A DNA stretch of 64,000 bases, taken from assembly GCF_009914755.1 (NCBI RefSeq), contig NC_060933.1, one strand, 5' to 3'. Made by a program: the position numbers and the translations under genes. The notes under the pieces were generated by a model. The model saw only the letters and a list, made by a program, of their open reading frames with translations. It ran no database searches and was not told where the DNA came from. Shown here one piece after another: positions 13,124 through 31,145 of this stretch. Source of the stretch: the human T2T-CHM13v2.0 reference genome, Homo sapiens. The first letter of the stretch is position 1. Every line of letters starts with the position of its first letter.

Positions 13124-14499
13124 AACTAGTGAGTGACAGGCTGAGGTTTCTAACAAAGGGAGTCAAACTGTAGACTCTGAAGTATCTGTTTTGTACTTTT
13201 TTGTATTGTCTCAATGAACTTATTCTTTTTTGTTGTTGGTTACTTTCTATCATCACCTCTACTTCTGTCCCCATTAAAGATTTTATCATTTAGCCATAAA
13301 TGCCCTTGGGCCCCTGAGGCTTATGCCTTATTTCTCATTTGGTTTCTGTTTCCCCCCCACCCCGCCCCCCCATGGAAAGCAAACCATTGTGCTTGCTTTG
13401 TCAGTCATTGGTAGTCTAAAAATAGTTTTGTAACCAGATAAAGGAATTCAGGTATGAACAGGGAGTTGAAGTGTTGAATTCAGCTTGATAAAAATTTCAG
13501 ACTTCTAACTGTCAGCTCTGTTTAGCTTCACAGTCCTCTATCAGTATGGTATAACCTCACAAGCCACAAAAAAGAGCTCTCCCTGAAGGATCTGTTAGTC
13601 ATGGAGGAAATAAGACCTTTTTGCTTCTCCTAGATTCTCTAGCTCTACCAGCAGGTTCAGATTGTACTACCCTCAGAGTAGACCCCATGCATCTGAGTGG
13701 TGAAACTCTGTTGGTCTCCCATACAGAGAAATCCTCACTATTGAACCTTTCTCTTTCCTGGCACTTCCTGCCTGAACAATTTTCCAATAGTGCCTGTCCT
13801 CTGCTCCCAAGCTCTTTCTAACCAATGCATCTAGTTCCTTCGTAACATCTGGATTTTGATTGTCCCTGAGATCTTTCATCCTGGAAAACCATCTTTCTAT
13901 CTCTTAGACCTAATTTCTCCAAACTGGGATTCCTTTCACCCTGTATCCCTCCTGCCCTGCAGAATATTTCAGCTATTCAGGGTGCCCAAGCATTATTTCT
14001 ACCAGTGATGAATTTGGTTTCTCCATTTTTTGTTTCCATACTTGAGAACTTAGTTGGAAAACAAGTCAGATCACCATGTCATTGAAGAATTTTGTTTCTT
14101 CTTCTCTTTTTAGTTATAATGCTTTGATGCTTGAAAAACATTCAGAGCTTGACTGAAAAAACTTGAGGGTAAATTTCCACTATTACTAAGGTATCTCTAC
14201 TTCAAAGTATCTGGTAGGTTATGTAGATTACCCACTTATAGATAACAAATATATAATATCTCAGGGGCAAACAGTAATCTAGAAATTAAATGATGGACTT
14301 CTGTGAAGAACTTCCTCCTTTCCCCACTCCTCACCAGTTTTTGACTGATGGCAGGTTTTCAGGGGGTAAAATCAGTTTAGAGAATTACACTATAGGCATT
14401 TTCTTTTCCTTTATGGACTCTGCTGTATCATTGAATAAATAAATAATTCTACCATATTCCAGCTTTCCCATCAGGGGCAAATGGCAATGTGCTCCCAAC

Positions 14500-15085
14500 T
14501 TACCTTCTTGCTTCTGCCCTTGTTCCTAAATACAGCAACCAGAGTGACTCTGTTAAGGTATAAGCTAGATAATCTCACTCCTCTGCTCAAAACCCTCCAA
14601 TGGCTTCCCACTCCTTACCAGGTGAAGCTAAACGCCTTATGAGAGCCCTCAAGATCATCCATGATCTGGCCCCCTATCTGACTTTACCTGCCCTTACTCT
14701 CTCCTTTGATCCCTCTATTCCATGCATGTTGGGTGCCTTGCTGTTCCTTGGACTTCACAGGCATTCTCTTGCCTTAGGGTCTTTGCAGGCTTTTTCTGGA
14801 TCTCTCTCCAGTATTCTTTTTACTCAAGTCCTTTAAAATCTTGACGTTCCCTGTGGGAGCTTCCCTTATGACCCTACTTAAAAATCACAAAACCCAATGT
14901 TTTCAATTGTTTTCTACTTTTTCTCATCTATCATAGCATTTATGGTGCTCACTTAAATATTTTGTTCATCTTTCTCCACTAAAATATAAGTTCAACTTGG
15001 GCAGAAATCTTGGCATTTGTTCATTGTTTTATTCACAGCCTCTAGAACAGAGTCTGGCACAATAAATATTTGTTGACTGAGTAAT
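14500..15085 (+). mobile_element. L2 3' fragment
   Basis: CTCCTCTGCTCAAAACCCTCCAATGGCTTCCC ... CTGGCACAATAAATATTTGTTGACTGA. Confidence 0.85.
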
Positions 15086-15384
15086 GGTATGGCCTAGAAT
15101 TTTGACATTTTTTCCATTGATTTCCCTGCAGTCTCTTATGGGCTATACATAAGGGCACGGTGTGTGTTTTGTCTCTCTCTCCTTGAGGAGTCTGCCAGCA
15201 GTTTGAATCTGTCACAAAGAACTGGGCAACATCCAGATCAGACCCAGAAGGATTCTCTGGGGGGCAGGCCCTTGGTCTTTTTCTTTTTAAATTCTGGAAT
15301 AATTTTATATTCATAGAAAAGTTGCAAGAATAGTTGCAAGATAGTAGAGAGGGTTGCTGTGTATCCCTTATCACATTTTCCCCT

Positions 15385-16025
15385 ATTTTTAAAATACTTT
15401 ATTGAGGTAGGATTGCCATACAAAAAGCTGTACACATTTAATGTTTACAACTTGATGAGTTTGGATATAAGTATACACCCATGAAACCATCACCACAATC
15501 TATGCCATAAACCTAGTCATCACCTTCAATTATTATTAATTTTTGTGGCAAGAACACTTAACATAAGATCTATCATCTTAGCAAATTTTTAAGAGCATAA
15601 TATATTGTTAATTATAGGCACTATGTTGTAAAGTAGATCTCTAGGATTTATTGATCTTGTATAATTGAGACTTTGTACACTTTGATTATTATCTCCTAGT
15701 CTCTGAGCTACTGGCAGCCACCAGTCCACTCTGCTTCTGAGTTTGACTATTTCAGATTTATTATGTAAATTGTATTGTGTAGTATTTGTCCTTCTGTGTC
15801 TGACTTATTTCACTAACCATAATGTTCTCCAGATTCATCTATGTTGTTGCAAATGGCAGAATTTCCTTCCTTTTTAGGGCTGAATAATACTCCATCATAT
15901 TTATATACCACATTTTCTTTATCCATTTATTCACGGATGGGCATTTAGGTTGCTTCCATGTCTTGGCTATTGTGATTAATGCTGCAGTGAACATGGAAGT
16001 GCAGATGTCTCTTTGAAATCTGTTC
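15385..16025 (-). mobile_element. L1MA/MB 3' end
   Basis: TTTATTGAGGTAGGATTGCCATACAAAAAGCTGTAC ... GTTGTTGCAAATGGCAGAATTTCC ... GTGCAGATGTCTCTTTG. Confidence 0.85.
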
Positions 16026-18019
16026 CCTTGTTCTTTACATTCCTTTCCTTTTTTTATATTTCAGCTTTTCCTTTTTACAACAATCCCACATGTAAATGGC
16101 ACTTTAATCCATCCCCAATAATCTCATTTGATCTTCACATCAATCCTGTAGACAGAGAAGGAAGTAATGAAAACAGCAATTACTGAGCATTACTTTGTAC
16201 ATGAAAGTGAGCCAGGAAGTTTCATAATAGTTATTTCATTAATACATTTGCCCCAGAATAGAGGTATCTTATTTCTATGTTACAGATGGGGCTTGGAGAG
16301 TTGGTGACTGGCAACATGCCTGCAATCACACAGTCACTCAAACCTAAGCCTACTCTTCCATCCTCTTTCCTCTATGCTCCCAAAGCCTCTTTTATGTGGG
16401 CTTGGTTTCATTTAAGTCACATTTCAGGTTTGCTTCTTCCCTAGAGACTTTTTGGCTTTAGGAAGAACAAGTTGTAGGTTCTTCATTTTGGTTACTATTT
16501 GTCCTTGAGCGTGAACCCAGGGACCATAGCAGTCAGACACAATTTAATGAATTGCAAAAACAAGTGAACATTGTAGGGTTTTAACTCATCAGAAGAAAGT
16601 TGCCTCATCAATTTAGGGCACAGTACATCACAGAAATGAGCTTGTCTTCAATATTTGGCTTGGCACATTGACAACGAGCACAGGGGGTTTTACTTTGGGA
16701 AGAGCACTGAAGGTCCTTCATCCTGTGCGGGAAAGATTAAAACTCTTTCAAGGCAGAATTTGAGTTCTCTGAAAAAGAAGAGGTGATTTGGAGAAGCCAA
16801 TCTGTCCCAGCAAAAGTACACACAACTTAAAAAATCTAATTCAGCCAAGTTTTCTCTGTTGGCAGCATCTAGGACATATTCTCATCTTATAATCAGCCAG
16901 TCCTAGGAGAACTTCTCAATGTTAAAAAAAAAAAAAAAAAAAGTCCCCAGATTATCCAAATAGTAAAGTTTGAAAAGCAGCCAAAGCGAATTGCATTTTT
17001 CCTATTACTACCACATGTGCTGTCTTGCATACCCCATTTTATAAAGAGCAGAATAATGGTACATTGTCTATCAGGAATGCAGCCCCACATCATCCCATTG
17101 GCATGATGGTGTTCTAGAGCAGAAAACCACAGGCCTGTGGCTTTCCTTACACAGAGTTCCCATCCTTCCTAACAGCTTACTTAATTCTCACTCAGTTCAT
17201 GTGCTTAGAATTTAAGTTTTCTTTTCTCCCCATGCAAGCTACACGTGTTGCATTTACACACAGTGAAAGGACTTTATTTTTCATCTGAGTAATTTTACTT
17301 TGGCGCATTCAGGATACGCCCATGCAAACAAATAAAATGTTTTGCCACCCAAAAGAACATTTTTAGAAAGTGTTCAAGTGCAAGTGTAGTTGGAAGAATC
17401 TTTTGTGGGGAGCCAAGGTGGCTACTGAGTGTGCAGAAAGATTTGGATTGGGCTCGCAACAACATGGAGGCACGGGGCATGGTGCAACATGCTTAGTGAC
17501 TTATTTGTCATCTTATATAGAGAAGCAACAAAGAAAAAAGAAAAAAAATGCTATCTGATTTTAAAGCAGGAAATATCTGGGTTACAAATGTCAGCCCTGT
17601 CTTCTATTTGTTATGTGACCTTGGGTATGACATTTAACCTCTGAGTCTCATTTGCCTTATCTGTAAAAAGATTGGTCATCTCTTTCTTATAGTTTTATAA
17701 GGAATAAATGACACTATATAACTGATATACATAGCATATTTCTTTCCTCCCTTCACAATTCCTTCCTACGTTGATGGCTTATTGGTCCTCTGGGAGTAAC
17801 TGGGTGGGTTTTGCCTTCCCTCCCACTTCATAATCAAGTTAGCTCATTCTCTCCTCATTCTTTCTCCTTGAAGGCATGCTTTCAGCTGTGTGTCTGCAGT
17901 GGAGATGCTACAGGTTAAAATCCTGAGAAGATCTCAGCACTGAAAGTTGCATAACCATCCACTGTTAAATATTAAAGTTAATATTTACATTGAACTTTAA
18001 CATTTAAGAAAGATTTTAA

Positions 18020-18353
<334 letters not shown>

Positions 18354-21300
18354 TCAAAATTATTCTGTGAACCAGTTATTAATATTCATTGTTATTTCAT
18401 TTTCCAGATGAGGAAGTGGGGGCTCTGAGAACTTAAGGGACTTGACTAAGGTTACACAGTTGAAGTAAGCATGGGCTTCACCCAGTGGACCTAAGAGTAA
18501 CATATGGTACTTTTCAGGTACTGACTTTACCTCTCTTCTGTACTCCTCACCTCCTTGCTACCACTGGCCTTCCTGGTCCCCTTGTATTTCTAGGATTCCC
18601 TGAAGACCCTTTCATAAGTCCTCACAAGCACATCCTCTTAGCTACTGCCTGGAGTTGGCCATTTTTGTTCTCTCTAGATTTGGTTTATTTTGGTGAGATC
18701 TGTCGCCTGAATTGAAGCATTGTGAAGGTTCCTCCCTGTTGCTATGGCTACAGGTGCCTGCCATCAAAGGAGCTTATATTGAATGTGCAGTTTCATTGTG
18801 CTCCCAAAGTCCCTGGTGCTGCTGCTCACCACATGCCACCTAAGCCATAGAGATCCTGCTCACAGTACCTCTGTGGTTAGACCACCCAAGTGGGGAGAAA
18901 ACCTTTCCCTGTTTTGTGTCAGGCTCCTTTCCTGGAGCCTCAGAGCAGTACTGCCTTGCCCCTCACCCCCGTCCCAATGGCTTATGAAGTTTAGTGAAAT
19001 AGTACTTTTAGTTTTACCATAGTCCCTCTTGAACGTCCCAGTGAGATTTGGTCAAGGAAAACATAAACCCAAACAACAGATAACATGTTGACCTTGGAAT
19101 CATCCTGTGACTTCAACCACTAATCATTAACTGATATATCTGATAAGCTATTTCTTATTTTTCAATGAGTATTTCCCTCTGAGTTTCCTTAGTCCCACAA
19201 GCAAAAAAGCTACCTTCTGGTGGTCCCTACTTGTCTTCAAATGCAGCTGAATCATCTGGTGACCATAGCTTAGGTCCATGCAGGGACTACTTCCATCCAT
19301 GTATTATTACAATGATACTCTGGCTTCTGGATTTCAAAGACCAGTAACAGTTCAGAAACAATTTGCAGAAATAACATTGAATTGCCAAATGTTTATTTTG
19401 CCACCTGAGGAAAATAACAAAATAGAGAAAACCCAAAACAATAGCCATTTACTAAAATCATACAGAAAGAGATGGACTTTCGCCAGCTCTTTAATAACAT
19501 AGAATCTTAACACAAGAAAAGTTGGAAAGACTTTAACACTCAAATAAGGGGTTAGTCTCTTATTGGATGAATAGCTTTATTAAGAATCTGCAAGTCTTTA
19601 TTCTCCTATTTTGCTTCAGACTATAAAATATGTGTTGCAGTCTGGCATTTTAGAAATGGTATATTGCTTCATTTGCTATTCACAACAGTGAAGTAAGTTT
19701 TATGATTGTTCCCGTTTTACAAGTGTAGAAGCTCGGGATCAGAGGAGTTGGGCATCTTACCTAAAGTCACAGACATAATAAGGAGAGCAGCTAGGACTTA
19801 AATACAAGTCCTGCATTGCCAAACATATCCTTGCTAGGTTGATAAAGCTGCTAAACATGGTGGGAATACTCAACTGGAATTAAGTCTGCTCCCATACTTA
19901 AGCTTTTTGAAGTATTTAAAATAAATTCCTTTAAAATGGGTAATTGCTTATTATTTTTCACCAGCATGTTCTTTTGGCCACATATTTACAAATGTGCACA
20001 CACATCTATGAAGATTATCAGTCTGAACAATGTGTTATAAATTGTGTGCAAAGTCTTTTATCTCTATAATCTGAGGAATCTACTATAGAAAATATTATGG
20101 GATTGTTATTGTAATTCTAAGTGTTGCAAACATCCAGCTCTTTCTCTTTGTGTGCTCACACAGAAAATGGACAATAATGAAATCTTTTTAGACTTCATTT
20201 TGCTTACTTTTCCCTTTTCTTCTCTATCTCATTCTTCCTACATCTTTGTCTTCCCCTGACTTTTTCTTTGAGATTGTGACTGTTGGGTCTGTGGAAACAT
20301 CTTCAGGGAATATAAGTTTTTGATGAATCAGCCTCAAGGTTTCCTCATGCTAGGGTGGCTCCTTTTGTCCAAGTTAATCTTCAGTTTATACCAACCATGA
20401 ACATGAACAAAATGGTTTATTTCTGGTGGTGGTGGGCTGGAGGGACAGAGAAAATCATAGGGAGGATGCATGGCATACATGGATTTAATATTTTATATTT
20501 CTGCTTTTTATGAATGACTCTGGAGGCCAATGCTCTGGAGCCCCTTGTAATTTTTCTAGGACTGCTCAGCACCTATATTTTAGTATGGTTTTTTTGTTTG
20601 TGTTTACCACATGGTCTTACTTAGTTCTCATAGAAAGTCAGTATTTGGATCTCAGAATGCCCATTTTGTAGATGAAGAAAATTTGGCAGAGTATATGGTA
20701 TAGACATATGGAGTAGTCAAAACGGGGGTGTTCAGGAGTCTTGGTCTCATTCTTCTAAAATATAAAGGTTACATGATATATCGTAGCCCACTTCTACTAA
20801 AATTTTGTTGAAGGACTTCCTCTCGCTTCACATTGTTTCTGGAATCATTTGCATTAGTTCTGAAGAATTTTTTATTCTTTTGAAGCTGAAATCTTAAAAA
20901 AAAAACCCCATCTTATTTGGTTTGCGTATTTTTAACTGGAGAAAGTAAGGAGAATTTGGAATCTAGAAATTCAGGAGAGTGAAACACTAATTAAGTGAGT
21001 TCTTTAGGTGGAAATTGTTTTAACTTTTCAGCTTTATTAGAACCTGTAGTGATCATGATACAGATACGTTAATGTTCTGTCTACCAATTACTCATTTCAC
21101 GAGACAAGTCTGTGCTGAGGAAAAACATCTCCTTGAAGCCCTTTGATTTTCCAGGTAGAAGGATGGAAGGACATCTAATTTTCTTTAAAGTTTGGTTCAG
21201 AGAAGACCATTTCCTTTTTTTCACCAACCCTTTGGCAAGAAGCTTTTCACAATTACAAAAATGTTTATGAAAATATTGTTACTGGGTTTTCTCTTCTGGA

Positions 21301-22019
21301 GAAATTCCTCTTGGGACTCTGGGATGAAAGATGGAAGAGGGGTAGGGGTGGGCTGTTTCACAGTATCAACTATAGTAAAATTTTAGTAGTGAATTTTTTT
21401 ATAACTTGGTAAAATTCAGTAATTTTTCTTAAGAACAAGTTGGGATGAGTGGCTAGATTCCTGTGAGACGGACTGATAAAATTCTGTCTTATAAGAGATC
21501 ATTCCATCCTCCCAATTTATAATTTCCTGCTCACTTATGACAGGGCTGGAATACCAGCTCTTTGGGGGAACCTAGGAGATTCCAAAACACAGATTCTTTG
21601 GAACCTGAGAGATTAAACATCACAGACCCATTCATTCATTAATCAGTCTTTCATTTAATGAATATTTACTATGCAAAACTACTCCAGGCATGACTCTAGG
21701 GGCTGGGTACAAATGTACAGAAGATGGGGGCAGATACATGGTTTCTAACTCCATGGAGCTTACTGTCTGGGGACAGACAGGAAATAAACACACAAAAGTA
21801 GATAATAAAAGTTTTGTTGGACTCTGAAGGAAGAGAGAAGGGGAGAAGGAACAGAGAAAGAATGTAGGTCTTTGCTCAGCCTTGTCCTTTTACCTTTAGT
21901 GAACTGACCACTGAAAGCCCACCCAGCAAGAGATGGCTTGCATGTGCCCACTGTGTTCCCAGAAACAGTTCTGGACCATTCCCTGCCTTCCTGCTTTGTT
22001 TCTTGCCTCCTGCTTTTTA

Positions 22020-22480
22020 TTCGTTTGTTCACTCATTCATTCAGCACACATTTTTTGAGCATCTAATCACTTCCAGGCCTTCTGCTAGGCACTGGGAACA
22101 CAACAGTGGAAGACAAGCCTGATTGCTAGTTTCATGGTGGCCACAGGCTGGTAAGACATGAAGACAAGTTACCAGGTGATTAAAATACAGTGGATGTGGG
22201 CTCTGGTAGAGACAGAACTGGACAGTGGAAGGCAAACAGCTTTGGGGGATAAGAGATGGGATGTAGAAAACCAAAGATGAAGGGAAAGCAGAGTGTTGTA
22301 GAGTATGCCAGGCAGAATGAACAGCATATATAAAAAGGGGGAAGAGGAAGCAGAGGTTTCTGGTGAACTGAAGATAATTAAGGGCAATAGAGGGAAGGTG
22401 TGGAGGGGGAGAAGTAGAGGGACAGGAGATCTGAGAGGGAGGCACAGACAAAGTAATGCAGGACTTTGAAGGTTATGTTA
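22020..22480 (-). mobile_element. L2 3' fragment
   Basis: CACTCATTCATTCAGCACACATTTTTTGAGCATCT...CTAGGCACTGGG. Confidence 0.75.
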
Positions 22481-23017
22481 GTTTGCTTTTACTCAACACC
22501 TGGTATCTAGGCATTTTCTCTTGGTTTGACTCTCACGCCCTTTACATTTTATTTTTTTCTGAGAATCTCACTGGCTTGTATACTTCAGTCCCTGGAACCC
22601 AACTTTATTATCTATCCACTTTCCTGGCAATCTTCACTAGATCTTCCTGGGCCTGGATAATATGGGCTTACACTCATGAAAATCTTAAAAATACCTATGG
22701 ATTTATGAGGTGGTCTGGACTATTTTCATGAGATAAAAGTACTGAGTATCAAAAAGGTTGAAGAACTGATCGTACCTGAAATAGAATACTAGGGTGTTGG
22801 GGGTGTAGTCCTAGAGATGACAAGGCTTCCAACCTTAGGTGACCAGGAGTTCTTGTGCTCATTGCAATTTGTATATTTCTCACGCTTGCCTTTTGAAGAT
22901 CAAGCACCCTGGGAACACTGAGGCAGCTCAAATGATGTTTGTGAATTTTGCCTCCTAAACCACTTTAAACCTCCCATGGTTGACGAGTACTGAAAATCAC
23001 AAGGGGGTTTATTTAGA

Positions 23018-23365
23018 TTCACAGTTCTGTATCCAAAACCCTTAAAGCCAAATATATTTCATAAGTCAAATGTTTATGATTTTGGAAAAGTAAAATGGAG
23101 CATATATTTGATATTTTGGGACACCCCCAGGAGGTCTGAAGTGGTACCTACCTTGTAACTATCATGTTAATATTTCCACAGCAGAATGTACAAATCCATG
23201 CAAAGTTAGATAAAGCCTTTAAAAAGTTTTCAGTGAGCTTAGGCGAGGTTTTGCCTCCAGATGAGTTAAGTCCGGGTTTTGTTGCCAGATGAGTTATGTA
23301 AAGATGTTTACATTTCAGAGCTTTTGAATTTCAGAACTGCAGATGAGAGAGTTTGTGGGTCCGCA
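23018..23365. mobile_element. MER46C-like Tigger MITE
   Basis: TATCCAAAACCCTT..GCCA.. ... CAGAGCTTTTGAATTTCAGAACTGCAGATGAG..TTGTGGGTCC. Confidence 0.7.
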
Positions 23366-23439
23366 GCATATCGATTTGCTAGGCACGATGGAAGAAATTA
23401 TTCACTATAGGAATTGAGAAACTCTAGAAGATTTCCTAA

Positions 23440-23570
23440 CCAGGAGAGTGAAGTTCTGGTTGGAGACCTACTAAATCAGACCATCTGGGAGTGGACCGGG
23501 AGAAGATAAGTTTAACAAGCTCTCAGGTGATTCTGATTCCCATCAAATTTAAGAACCTCTACTCTAGAAG
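23440..23570. mobile_element. MER5-like hAT-Charlie MITE fragment
   Basis: AGACCTACTAAATCAGA...TTTAACAAGCTCTCAGGTGATTCTGAT...TTTAAGAACCTCTACTCTAG. Confidence 0.75.
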
Positions 23571-24839
23571 AAATTTCCAAGAGAGATTGTGAAATTTTCT
23601 TCTCTAGTCGTCTAAGAAAATGTTGATTTCTTTTAGATCTTTGTGAACGGATAAATGTGTCAACTTTGCAGCAAACAGGCTCCAGCTGGAGTGAGGATTG
23701 GGATTCAAGTACTTGAGCTTTTTGGGCTTCTGTTTCTCTAGAGATCAAGACTGCCCGACTGGAAGATCTGTGACTGACATGCATATGAATGTGCTTGGAC
23801 TAGGACTCTACATTTCCTCCTCCTCTTGCTCCTCAACTACTCAAGTACTTTGATGCAATGTCTCCTGCATGACTAGCCCTCTGCTACACACTGCAGAAAG
23901 AATGGTTGATTCCTACTCTCAGAGAACTTACTGTCTCCGCAAAGAGAAAACACCTGCACATGTGAGTGTGCATTAATGCCAGAGCTTTTAATTTGGTCAC
24001 AGTTCAACTGAATACTGTTACCACTTCAGAGCTACATCAACATATGTCCTTTTTACTTTGACTTTTGGGGAAATGCTAAACTTATATGGCAGAGATACTA
24101 AAGAGGGAGGAAACCTAAAAGAGCATGGGAGAGACATTCATATCAAGATATGATAAGATATGAATATGGTTACCTTATTTTTATAAACAAAGGATTTACT
24201 AGAAGTGGGGTAAAGGGACAGGACTTTGATGTCAAAATAGTACTGACTTTGCATCTTATTTCTGCCTTTATCAGCTTTATGACCTTAGGCATGTTAACTA
24301 AATCTGTGTCTCAGTTTACCCATATATAATATGGAGACAATAACACTTACTCCATGGGGCTGCCATGTGGATTAGGTCAGTTTCTCTCTATGGAATCACC
24401 TGGAACCGTGAACACTCGTTTCTGTGTTCTCTCTGCCCCAGGAAACTTGGCTCATTTGTGTTTCTGCATTTGTTCTTTATCCTGCGTCATTCATTTATCT
24501 GGTGCTCATTGGTTTTTCACACTGGATTGTGAGCTCTTAGAGTACATGGACCTCATCTTTCTAGTTCTCATTTCTTGTGTCTGGCATATGTAGTAAGCTC
24601 TCTGCAAAGGTTTTTTTGAGAAAAGAGATGTGTGAATTACAGACTTAGTAAAGGAAGTGGTATGGTAACTATTTAAACAGCTCATTAATAAAAATGTATG
24701 CGTGTGTTGTCTTTATTATAAACTTTACTGATTTAAAGGATGTATAGCACAAATCTACAAATTATAAAATATATAATATACTTTGGCTTTCTTCCGTAGA
24801 GCCAATTGATTCTTTCAGAGTGCTTTCTTAAGTATAGAT

Positions 24840-25030
24840 CAGGGGTTGGCAAAGTACGTCCTGTGAGTCAAATCTGACCCACCACCTACCTTTGTAATAA
24901 AATTTCATTGAAAAATAGTCACACTCAGTGACTGCTTTTGCACTACAATGACAGAGTTAAGTAGTTGTGACACAGATCATATAGCCCACAAAGCCTAAAG
25001 TATTTACCATCTGGCCCTTTACAGAAAAAG
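24840..25030. mobile_element. MER58A hAT-Charlie MITE
   Basis: CAGGGGTTGGCAAA...GCCCACAAAGCCTAAAGTATTTACCATCTGGCCCTTTACAGAAAA. Confidence 0.85.
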
Positions 25031-25229
25031 GAATCTGTCTATCCTTCCCTATACTCTTCTCTTCCTATTCCCCATCTGTCCTCTTCATTCTTCAACTTCT
25101 TCTTGTGCAATCCTTAAATGTCAAAACCACTTTTAGCTTGTGATCCCTGCAAAAATAAGCTAAGGGCTGGATTCGTCCATCAAGTCATATATGGTTGAGC
25201 CCTGGTCTTGACAATCAATAGAACAATAA

Positions 25230-25577
25230 ATCATGTCCCAATTTATAACATTTACCAATTTCTGTGGTGTAAATACTCAAATTGGCTGATTTCAAGCTAC
25301 TGGCATGATATCATTAAATATGGAATTAGAAGAGATGTATAATAGCACACTCATTTATTTCCATCATACAGAATCTATAGACATCAATAACCACAAGAGC
25401 ATAGAGAGCAGTAAAATGTAACAAAATATGAAGTGATAAGTTTTTAAGATAACTTATTTAATAAGAAGTTTATAAAACTTAATTTTTTTAAATATCTGTA
25501 ATCAACAACTGGCTTGCAAAATTCCTGAAAATGTAATAGCTCTTGCAAGCCAATAAAAGCTGGGGCTAGTACATACT
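25230..25577. mobile_element. MER63-like hAT-Blackjack element
   Basis: TTTCTGTGGTGTAAATACTC..GGCTGATTTCAAGCTAC ... CAACTGGCTTGCAAAATTCCTGAAAAT. Confidence 0.7.
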
Positions 25578-27197
25578 TGGCTTTTGAGTTAGTTTTTGCT
25601 GGAGGGCTGAGTTTTAAAAAGTGTTGAGGAAAGAGGAATTCTAGCTTTGTACCTCATTTCTTTATCCCACAGCTTTCATCTAGTTGAAATCCTAGTGACA
25701 CTAATGCAGAATTTGATCCAAGCTGGACTTTCTCCCTGCAAAAGTTCAAACTGAACTAGCAGAGGTCAGGGTGGGGGTAAAACCCTGGAAAGGAGCCACA
25801 CAGAAGTTGAAGTTGCTAAAACAGTGTTCGTCACTTTTTGACCCCCTGGTCAGTCTTGCCAGCCCTAGTGATCATCCCTGACCACCCAATTCTTATGAAT
25901 AGGCTTTATTTGATGGTGTAAATAGAGCTTTTGGAGGAAGAAGGTGATTTTTTTTTTGAGTTGACCTCATTTATTGTTGGCTACATGTGAGTAACTGGAC
26001 ATTTGGCTTCTATACTTGGGAGGCTTATCCTCTTCTCTAATGGCAATGTGGCACCCTATTATCTGCAATATTACACTTTTAGGGAAGAGCAAGGAAGAGT
26101 CAAAACCAGCTGATGTAGTCATTATCATGAGTTGAAACAGGGCAAAGCCACCATCATACCATGCTTCTCATGCCGAGCTCGTTAATGGGTGTAATTTTGT
26201 TAGTCTTGCAGTAAGGAATCTTTGGGTCATTTACACTGTGAGAGGTGAGAAGTGAAAGCTAATTTAATAAAGTTGTCACCTTCTTAAAAGCATATTCAGA
26301 GGCTTGCTAGCTGAAGAAATTCGAATGAAAGAAAGGGGTCATTGCTGAAAGCTTTCTATTCTTTTCCCCATTTTACTTTGCTTCATTCAACAGGGATTTC
26401 TGGAAATACTGTCTAAGGAATGGCAAAAGAAATGAAGAGAAAAGTTACATTTCTTTTTTTTTCCACTTCCTTTGAAAGCTGTACATGAAGATCTGTGGCT
26501 TGTGTAGAGTGGATGAGGTGCTCTGTAGCTCTGAGACATTACCAAGGGGAATCCAGGGCCAGAGGTGTGCAGGTGGGGCTGTCAATCAGAGACAACATCA
26601 AGGGCTCTTACAAAAACAAAAGGAAAGAAAATGGATGTTTAATCAATAAAGTTGCTCTCTGCTTAACCTTTTGTGTTTTAAGCAACATTCACTGGAGCCC
26701 AGCAACAGAGTCCAATATTTAACACATAAAAGGTACTCAAAAAGGTGAGGACTTGGAGAGCAGCTAGAAAGTGAAGATGGAACGGAGGGTTAAGAAATGG
26801 AAAGAAAAAGAATTGGAGGAGAGGGAGGTCAAATGGATGCTTAAAGGCTGGGCACTGCTAGAGAGGCAGATGTGAGAGTCCGATGTTAGACTGTGTGAGT
26901 TTTGTACACCTGCTGATCTTGAGCTATATTCAGTTTACATTTTCTTCTAGAAGGTAATCAGAACAAAGTCAAGCTTTGGCTAAAAAAGAGGAAGCAGCTG
27001 CCATGAAAGCCTCAACTTAGAGTACTGTTCTGATGGCAACTGCCCACCACTCTATATCCACTCTGATTGGGGGTATGTAATTCAAAATGGTGGATGTGGT
27101 GGTATTAAGCATGTGCTACAGAAAACATCTGGAAAGAGCCTTTGGCTTCTTGGCAATACCCAAGTTAAGCTACTCATAATCTCCTTTGTGAACTATT

Positions 27198-31145
<3,948 letters not shown>

